The position numbers and the translations under genes are program-made. Below, one piece after another: positions 26,072 through 32,000 of a stretch of DNA of 32,000 bases. The stretch is from an uncultured Alphaproteobacteria bacterium. Its GTDB lineage: Bacteria > Pseudomonadota > Alphaproteobacteria > ATCC43930 > CGMCC-115725. The notes beneath the pieces are model-generated. The model saw only the letters and a program-made list of their open reading frames with translations. It had not been told where the DNA came from and searched no databases. The DNA is taken from positions 968,093 to 1,000,092 of the forward strand of contig CAVVPS010000016.1 in the NCBI GenBank assembly GCA_963750195.1. Reading direction: 5' to 3'. Each line of letters starts with the position of its first letter. The first letter of the stretch is position 1.

Positions 26072-26342
26072 TGAGAGATGCCCAATACGTTGTCAAAACA
26101 CTTTCTAGTATGCTCCGTGTCACAGTCGCCACCGGCCCGGAGAACCCCTCTCTAGCCAAAAGTATACATCCCATGCCATTATCTAAAGCTATCCGTAGTC
26201 GGTCGATAAAGTAAGCTGCTAGATCATCGCTTCCATTCGCATCCTTCTCTAGAATTGGTAGGTCATCTACAACTACGTTACATATTGTTTGCAAAGATAA
26301 AATCCGCCTTTTGAACGTAGGATCATCTCTATAATCATGCAT
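26072..26342 (-). pseudogene. proximal part of the IS-disrupted low-GC helical protein
   Basis: MHDYRDDPTFKRRILSLQTICNVVVDDLPILEKDANGSDDLAAYFIDRLRIALDNGMGCILLAREGFSGPVATVTRSILESVLTTYWASLS joins in frame to DVNAALMRDAF.. once the IS and one TGA copy are removed. Confidence 0.6.
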
Positions 26343-26535
26343 TATCGTCGCTCACCGATCGCTCGTTCCAGGTGCTAACGGATGCCGTAGCGCGGAGGCT
26401 GGATCAAGGGCGATTGCTCGCGAGGATCGCGCGGCACATTCTGCCCATCCCAGGAACACTGCGGTCGCCGATGCGACCAAGAGACGCGAGCGAAACATTC
26501 ATAGGGTTCCTCTCGAAAGCCGCCGTGTCCAGCCC

Positions 26536-28218
26536 TCATCCGAGTTCGGGGAAATCTTCTTCCCAAAATTCGCCCTCGACGCGGCGGTTTTCGCTCCCGC
26601 GGGCGGCTTCGGCGGTGCGCAGTTCGACGCGGCGGATCTTCCCGGAGATGGTTTTCGGCAGATCGGCAAATTCGAGGCGGCGGATGCGCTTGTAGGGTGC
26701 CAGATGGGCGCGCAGGTGGCGGAAGATCGACAGTGCCGTGTCTCGGTCGGGCGGATGGTTTCCAGCCGGTGAGATGAAGGCTTTCGGGACGGCGAGGCGG
26801 AGCGGGTCGGGTGAGGGGACGACCGCGGCCTCGGCGACCGCGGGGTGCTCGATCAGCACGCTTTCGAGCTCGAACGGGCTGATTCGGTAATCCGAAGCTT
26901 TGAACACGTCGTCGGCGCGGCCGACATAGGTGAAATAGCCGTCGGCGTCGCGCATCGCCACGTCGCCGGTGCGGTAGGCATCGCCGGCGAGAGGCTGCAT
27001 CACGCCGTCGTCGCCCTGATAGCCCTGCATCAGCCCGAGCGGCGGCGGGTCGAGCGCGAGGCAAATTTCCGCTTCCTGCTGCTCCGCGCCGTCCGCGTCG
27101 AGCATCTTGATGCGATACCCCGGCGCCGGCCGGCCCATTGATCCTGGTTTGACGCGCTGTCCCGGAAAGTTGCCAATCTGCAATGTAGTTTCGGTCTGGC
27201 CGTAGCCGTCGCGGATGGTCAGGCCCCACGCCGCCCTGACCCGCTCGATGATTTCGGGGTTGAGCGGCTCGCCGGCGCCGACGACCTCTCTCAGCCCGAC
27301 CTTCCACGCCGCCAGGTCCTCCTGGATCAGCATGCGCCAAACTGTAGGCGGGGCGCAAAACGTGGTCACACCGCAGCGCGAAATCGCATCGAGCAAGCCC
27401 TTAGCGCTGAAACGCGGCTGGTTCAGCATGAATACCGTAGCCGCTGCGTTCCACGGCGCGAAAAAGCAGCTCCAGGCGTGCTTGGCCCAGCCCGGCGAAG
27501 AGATGTTGAGATGGATGTCGCCCGGCTTCGCGCCGAGCCAGTACATCGTCGTCAGCAGCCCGACCGGATAGCTTTGGTGGCTGTGCAAGACCAGCTTCGG
27601 CTTGGCCGTCGTGCCCGAGGTGAAATAGAGCAACAGCGGGTCGCTCGCCCTGGTCTCGCCATCCGGAACGAATGCTGGCGGAGCGTCGTAACCCGCTTCC
27701 CAGCTATGCCAGCCGGGGGCTGCCCCGCCGACGGCGATCCGCGTGTAGTCGCCAACAAGGTCGGCGAATTTGCCGGCATTGTCGGCGCTGGCGACGACAT
27801 GGCGGACCTGGCCGCGCGCGAAGCGGTCGACGAGATCGTCGCGGTTCAACAGAGTCGTTGCCGGGATGATCACGGCGCCCAATTTCATCGCCGCCAGCAT
27901 GCATTCCCATAACGGCGCGACATTGCCGAGCATCATCAAGAGGCGGTCGCCGCGCCGTACGCCGAGCGCCCGCAGATGATTGGCGACCCGGTTCGACCGT
28001 TCGGCGAGTTCGGCGAATGACAGTTTGGTCTCGCCCCCGCCCTCATCGACGATCCACAGACCCGGGCGATCATTGCCCTGCGCCATCGGGTCGAAATAAT
28101 CGAGCGCCCAATTAAACCGATCGAGCACAGGCCAGCGGAAATCACGATAGGCGCGTTCGTATTCCTCGCGATGAGCGAGCAGAAAGTCACGCGCTTGGAT
28201 AAAAGCCGTCGCCGACAT
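26536..28218 (-). CDS. AMP-dependent acyl-CoA synthetase/ligase (medium-chain type)
   Basis: 560 aa and intact. YFTSGTTAKPKLV (AMP-binding motif), ..DGYGQTET.., ..YRTGDVAMRDADGYFTYVGRADDVFK.., ..LPKTISGKIRR... Confidence 0.85.
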   Translation of the reverse strand: MSATAFIQARDFLLAHREEYERAYRDFRWPVLDRFNWALDYFDPMAQGNDRPGLWIVDEGGGETKLSFAELAERSNRVANHLRALGVRRGDRLLMMLGNVAPLWECMLAAMKLGAVIIPATTLLNRDDLVDRFARGQVRHVVASADNAGKFADLVGDYTRIAVGGAAPGWHSWEAGYDAPPAFVPDGETRASDPLLLYFTSGTTAKPKLVLHSHQSYPVGLLTTMYWLGAKPGDIHLNISSPGWAKHAWSCFFAPWNAAATVFMLNQPRFSAKGLLDAISRCGVTTFCAPPTVWRMLIQEDLAAWKVGLREVVGAGEPLNPEIIERVRAAWGLTIRDGYGQTETTLQIGNFPGQRVKPGSMGRPAPGYRIKMLDADGAEQQEAEICLALDPPPLGLMQGYQGDDGVMQPLAGDAYRTGDVAMRDADGYFTYVGRADDVFKASDYRISPFELESVLIEHPAVAEAAVVPSPDPLRLAVPKAFISPAGNHPPDRDTALSIFRHLRAHLAPYKRIRRLEFADLPKTISGKIRRVELRTAEAARGSENRRVEGEFWEEDFPELG

Positions 28219-28282
28219 GCCCGCTCCTCCCGAAAGCTCACCTTAAGATCACAGCATTTCTAGGTAAGACAGCAGTTAGAGG

Positions 28283-28599
28283 TCATCCAGCCATTTCCTG
28301 GACGATTTCGAGGATTTCGCGGCGGCGTGAGACCCGGTCGCCCCAGACACGATCGAAATCGGCGATTAGCGGCTTAATCCTGTCGGGCGCGGTCGCAGCT
28401 TCCGCCTGCTTCGTATCGTCGAATTCATAAAAAGCATAGTGGACCGCCGGATCGGTGGAGCTCCAGCAGCGCCAGGCCCGCCGCGCCGCAAGGTTTTGAT
28501 CGCGAGCGGCAGGTGATCGGTCGCATACCAGCGATCGAACCGGTCCCTATTGGCCTTCCCAGTCACTTCGGCGCGAACCACCAGACAGCTCTTGACCAT
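28283..28599 (-). pseudogene. small dimeric alpha/beta-barrel-like protein (EthD/DUF4286-like), one frameshift near 28489-28497
   Basis: MVKSCLVVRAEVTGKANRDRFDRWYATDHLPLAIKT, then the other frame AARRAWRCWSSTDPAVHYAFYEFDDTKQAEAATAPDRIKPLIADFDRVWGDRVSRRREILEIVQEMAG*. The family assignment is tentative. Confidence 0.35.
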
Positions 28600-28930
28600 G
28601 ATGTTCTCCTCCTGTCGACGGATTGATCGTCTAGTACCGAGCTCTAATAGTAAAATCTTGACAGTTCTCACAGGCTTTCAAATGTGCCGCGACTGAGAGG
28701 CGGCAATTGGAAGCTCAACGTCGGGCGCGGGATCGCATCCGCTACCGCCTTTGCCCGGCTTGCCGAAAGGGCTGCGCGGCGACGTTAGAAGATCGGCGGT
28801 CCGGTTTGCCGGCGCGACGAGATTAAGCCTCAATTCGCGCGCAAGGACATGCCTATTATCAATTGTGCGCCTCCGCTCGCGGAAGCGCTGATGCAATTCG
28901 TGAAACAACGCTTGGTGAAGAGCATCCGCG

Positions 28931-31900
28931 ATGGCATTGCCTGGTAGACAGGGTCTTTACGATCCGCGCAACGAGCACAACTCGTGCGGCGTAGGTTTCG
29001 TCGCCAACATAAGGGGACGAAAATCGCACGATATCATCGAGCGCGGCCTGCAGATCCTGGTCAATCTTGATCATCGTGGCGCGGTCGGGGCAGACCCGCT
29101 GGTCGGCGACGGCGCCGGGTGCTTGATCCAGATGCCGGACGCGTTGCTGCGCGATTGGGCGAGCGCTCAGGGTCTCTCCTTACCGGCGCCCGGCCGCTAT
29201 GCCGTCGCCATGTGCTTTCTGCCGCGCGACCAGGCAGCGCGCGATTTTGCAATTCGACATATCGAGCATTTCATCGAGGCGGAGGGGCAGTCGCTGATCG
29301 GCTGGCGCGTCGTGCCGACCGACACCACCGGGCTCGGCGAGCGGGTGATCGAAACGATGCCGGCGATCCGCCAGGCGATTGTCGCCGCCGATCCGTCGCT
29401 CCCCGATCAGGACGCATTCGAGCGCATGATCCTGACGATCCGCAAACAGGCGCTGAACAGCGTCATCGCGCTGGCCGAGCAGCACGGAATGCCCGGTCTG
29501 CCCGAACTCTACATGCCGTCCTTTTCGACCCGCACCATCGTCTATAAGGGTCTGCTGCTGGCGCCGCAAGTTGGCAGCTTTTACGAGGATCTGCGCAACC
29601 CGCTGACCGTCTCGGCGCTGGCGCTCGTCCATCAGAGGTTTTCAACCAACACCTTCCCGTCGTGGCGGCTTGCCCATCCGTATCGGTTTTTGTGCCACAA
29701 CGGCGAGATCAACACCGTCCGCGGCAATGTCAACTGGATGCACGCGCGCCGCCAGGCGATGACCTCCAAGCTGCTGGGCGCCGATTTGGCCAAGATGGTG
29801 CCGCTGATCGGCCCGAACCAGTCCGACACCGCCTGTATCGACAACGCGCTGGAGTTGCTGGTCATTGGCGGCGGCTACTCGCTAGCCCACGCGATGATGA
29901 TGCTGATCCCCGAGGCCTGGGCCGGCAACCCGTTGATGGAGCAGCAGCGGCGGGCATTTTACGAGTACCACGCGGCGTTGATGGAGCCGTGGGATGGTCC
30001 GGCGGCGATCGCCTTTACAGATGGCCGCCAGATCGGCGCTACCCTCGACCGCAACGGGCTCAGGCCGGCGCGCTATGTGATCACCGATGACGACCACGTG
30101 ATCATGTCCTCGGAGGCGGGCGTATTGCCGGTGCCCGAGGAAAAGATCACCCGCAAATGGCGGCTCCAGCCGGGCAAGATGCTGCTGATCGACTTCGAAG
30201 AGGGGCGGATCGTCGACGACGAGGAGATCAAGCGCAAACTCGCCGCCGAGCACCCGTATGAAGCCTGGCTGCAGGCAACGCAGTTCAAGCTTGCCGAGCT
30301 GCCGGAATTATCGGGGGAGCATGCCGGAAAGGCCTTTGGGATGTCGGCGCGGCCTAACGACCCCACGACGCATCTCAATCAACAGCAGGCGTTTGGCTAT
30401 ACCCAAGAAGACATCCAGTTCTTTCTGGAGCCGATGGCGCGCGATGCCGACGACCCGGTCGGCTCGATGGGCACCGACACCCCGATCGCTGCGCTGTCGA
30501 CTAAGCCCAAACTGCTCTACAATTACTTCAAGCAGAACTTCGCGCAGGTCACCAATCCGCCGATCGACCCGATCCGCGAGGAACTAGTGATGTCACTGGT
30601 CTCGATGATCGGGCCGCGGCCGAACTTGTTGGGCCACGAAGCCGGTACGCATCATCGGCTGGAGGTATCTCAGCCGATCCTGACCGACGGCGATCTGCAG
30701 AAGATCCACGCAATCGAGACACTGGTTCCAGCATTCCGCACCGATACGCTGGACGCCACTTGGCCGGCGGCGGAGGGCGCCGACGGCATGGCGCCGGCTC
30801 TCGAGCGGCTGTGCCGCGAGGCCACCGAGGCCGTAGAGGCCGGTCACAACATCCTGATCCTGTCCGACCGCGCGACCTCGGCCGATCGGGTGCCGATCCC
30901 GGCATTGCTGGCCACCTCTGCAGTGCACCATCACCTCATCCGACGGGGCCAGCGCACCTTGACCGGGATCGTCGTCGAGACCGGCGAGGCCCGCGAGGTC
31001 CATCATTTCTGCGCGCTCGCCGGCTATGGTGCCGAAGCGATCAATCCCTATCTCGCCTTTGCGACGATCGAGCAGATCCGGATCGAGAACGGGCTCGCGC
31101 TCAGCGCCGAAGCCGTGCAGAAGAATTATTTAAAGGCGCTTGGCAAAGGTATCCTCAAGGTCATGTCCAAAATGGGCATTTCGACCTACCAGTCCTATTG
31201 CGGTGCGCAGATCTTCGACGCGGTTGGACTGGCCACGAGTTTTGTCGACAAATATTTCACCGGTACTATGACGACGATCGAGGGAGTCGGTTGGCGCGAG
31301 ATCGCCCAGGAAGCGGTCGAGCGCCATCGCCACGCCTACGGCGACGACCCGATTTACCACGAGCTGCTCGATGTCGGCGGCGATTATGCTTTTCGCCTGC
31401 GCGGCGAGGACCACGCCTGGACGCCGCAGTCGGTGGCGCGGCTGCAGCACGCGGCACGGGGCAATTCGCTCGACGACTACCGGGCCTTTGCCGCGACGAT
31501 CAACGATCAGAGCGAGCGCCTGCTGACCATCCGCGGGCTGATGTCGCTCGATTTCGCGCCCGAGCCGGTGCCGCTCGACGAGGTCGAACCGGCGGCCGAG
31601 ATCGTCAAGCGCTTTGCGACCGGAGCGATGAGCTTTGGCTCGATCAGCCGCGAGGCGCACACCACCCTCGCGATTGCGATGAACCGCATCGGCGGCAAAT
31701 CCAATACCGGCGAGGGTGGCGAGGAGGCCGAGCGGTTCAGGCCGCTTGAAAACGGTGATTCGAAGCGCTCAGCGATCAAGCAGGTGGCCTCGGGCAGGTT
31801 CGGCGTCACCACCGAATACTTGGTCAATGCCGATGTTCTTCAGATCAAGATGGCGCAAGGGGCGAAGCCCGGCGAAGGCGGACAATTGCCCGGCCATAAG

Positions 31901-32000
31901 GTTGACAAGGCAATCGCCAAGGTGCGGCATTCGACGCCAGGGGTCGGCCTGATCTCGCCGCCGCCGCACCACGACATCTACTCGATCGAGGATCTGGCGC
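28931..32000 (+). CDS. gltB: glutamate synthase large subunit, N-terminal 1023 codons (runs off the window)
   Basis: [29 protein letters not shown].. has the amidotransferase Cys after the propeptide. It also shows ..[29 protein letters not shown].., ..[15 protein letters not shown].. and ..[29 protein letters not shown] checked the frame at 28931, 29630 and 31979, and it is the same throughout. It is not in the ORF track because no stop lies in the window. Confidence 0.95.
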   Translation, partial: MALPGRQGLYDPRNEHNSCGVGFVANIRGRKSHDIIERGLQILVNLDHRGAVGADPLVGDGAGCLIQMPDALLRDWASAQGLSLPAPGRYAVAMCFLPRDQAARDFAIRHIEHFIEAEGQSLIGWRVVPTDTTGLGERVIETMPAIRQAIVAADPSLPDQDAFERMILTIRKQALNSVIALAEQHGMPGLPELYMPSFSTRTIVYKGLLLAPQVGSFYEDLRNPLTVSALALVHQRFSTNTFPSWRLAHPYRFLCHNGEINTVRGNVNWMHARRQAMTSKLLGADLAKMVPLIGPNQSDTACIDNALELLVIGGGYSLAHAMMMLIPEAWAGNPLMEQQRRAFYEYHAALMEPWDGPAAIAFTDGRQIGATLDRNGLRPARYVITDDDHVIMSSEAGVLPVPEEKITRKWRLQPGKMLLIDFEEGRIVDDEEIKRKLAAEHPYEAWLQATQFKLAELPELSGEHAGKAFGMSARPNDPTTHLNQQQAFGYTQEDIQFFLEPMARDADDPVGSMGTDTPIAALSTKPKLLYNYFKQNFAQVTNPPIDPIREELVMSLVSMIGPRPNLLGHEAGTHHRLEVSQPILTDGDLQKIHAIETLVPAFRTDTLDATWPAAEGADGMAPALERLCREATEAVEAGHNILILSDRATSADRVPIPALLATSAVHHHLIRRGQRTLTGIVVETGEAREVHHFCALAGYGAEAINPYLAFATIEQIRIENGLALSAEAVQKNYLKALGKGILKVMSKMGISTYQSYCGAQIFDAVGLATSFVDKYFTGTMTTIEGVGWREIAQEAVERHRHAYGDDPIYHELLDVGGDYAFRLRGEDHAWTPQSVARLQHAARGNSLDDYRAFAATINDQSERLLTIRGLMSLDFAPEPVPLDEVEPAAEIVKRFATGAMSFGSISREAHTTLAIAMNRIGGKSNTGEGGEEAERFRPLENGDSKRSAIKQVASGRFGVTTEYLVNADVLQIKMAQGAKPGEGGQLPGHKVDKAIAKVRHSTPGVGLISPPPHHDIYSIEDLA

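Noticed and set aside
28658-28686. TTGACA hexamer upstream of gltB as a sigma-70 -35 box
   Set aside because: The best -10 candidates at 16-17 nt spacing (caaatg / aatgtg) match the consensus poorly, so a promoter cannot be supported from sequence alone.
29119-31749. Several 140-330-aa ORFs on both strands (e.g. 30760-31749 +, 29180-29632 -)
   Set aside because: All are out-of-frame or antisense shadows of gltB. The gltB frame (start 28931) reads through uninterrupted to the window end and has unmistakable glutamate synthase motifs.

Overview
This is a high-GC (~65%) bacterial chromosomal window, probably alphaproteobacterial (inferred from gene content and IS types).

**Layout, left to right**
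- 1-1645: start of a urease operon on the minus strand (ureD-ureA-ureB-ureC'). It is intact.
- 1642-10368: a block of ordinary metabolic genes: gamma-glutamyltransferase, an MBL-fold hydrolase, a LivK-type ABC binding protein, a VOC protein, an Arg/Pro-rich low-complexity protein, a fused LigB-LigA extradiol dioxygenase and a D-aminoacylase-type amidohydrolase. Six of the seven are broken by at least 20 single-nucleotide frameshifts, by my own frame-by-frame reading.
- ~10.4-17.7 kb: a mosaic, lower-GC accessory segment. It holds orphan genes, a 5'-truncated tyrosine-recombinase remnant split by a complete IS66-family element (8-bp target duplication), a GFA-family gene and a secreted phosphoesterase.
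- 17777-19171: an intact MmgE/PrpD-family gene.
- 19320-24654: a tightly translationally coupled six-gene operon with no assigned pathway: PNP/UDP-family nucleoside phosphorylase, DUF2064-type transferase, GT-C membrane glycosyltransferase, radical SAM/SPASM enzyme, soluble GT2 and a DoxX-like membrane protein. This is my best candidate for an undescribed system.
- 24733-26342: a low-GC helical-protein gene split by a 930-bp IS1031-type IS5-family element (TGA duplication).
- 26536-32000: an acyl-CoA synthetase, a small frameshifted barrel protein, and the first 1023 codons of glutamate synthase large subunit. The gltB frame is absent from the ORF track because it has no stop inside the window.

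I found no rRNA, tRNA or CRISPR array. All homology statements come from motif recognition by eye; no database search was run.
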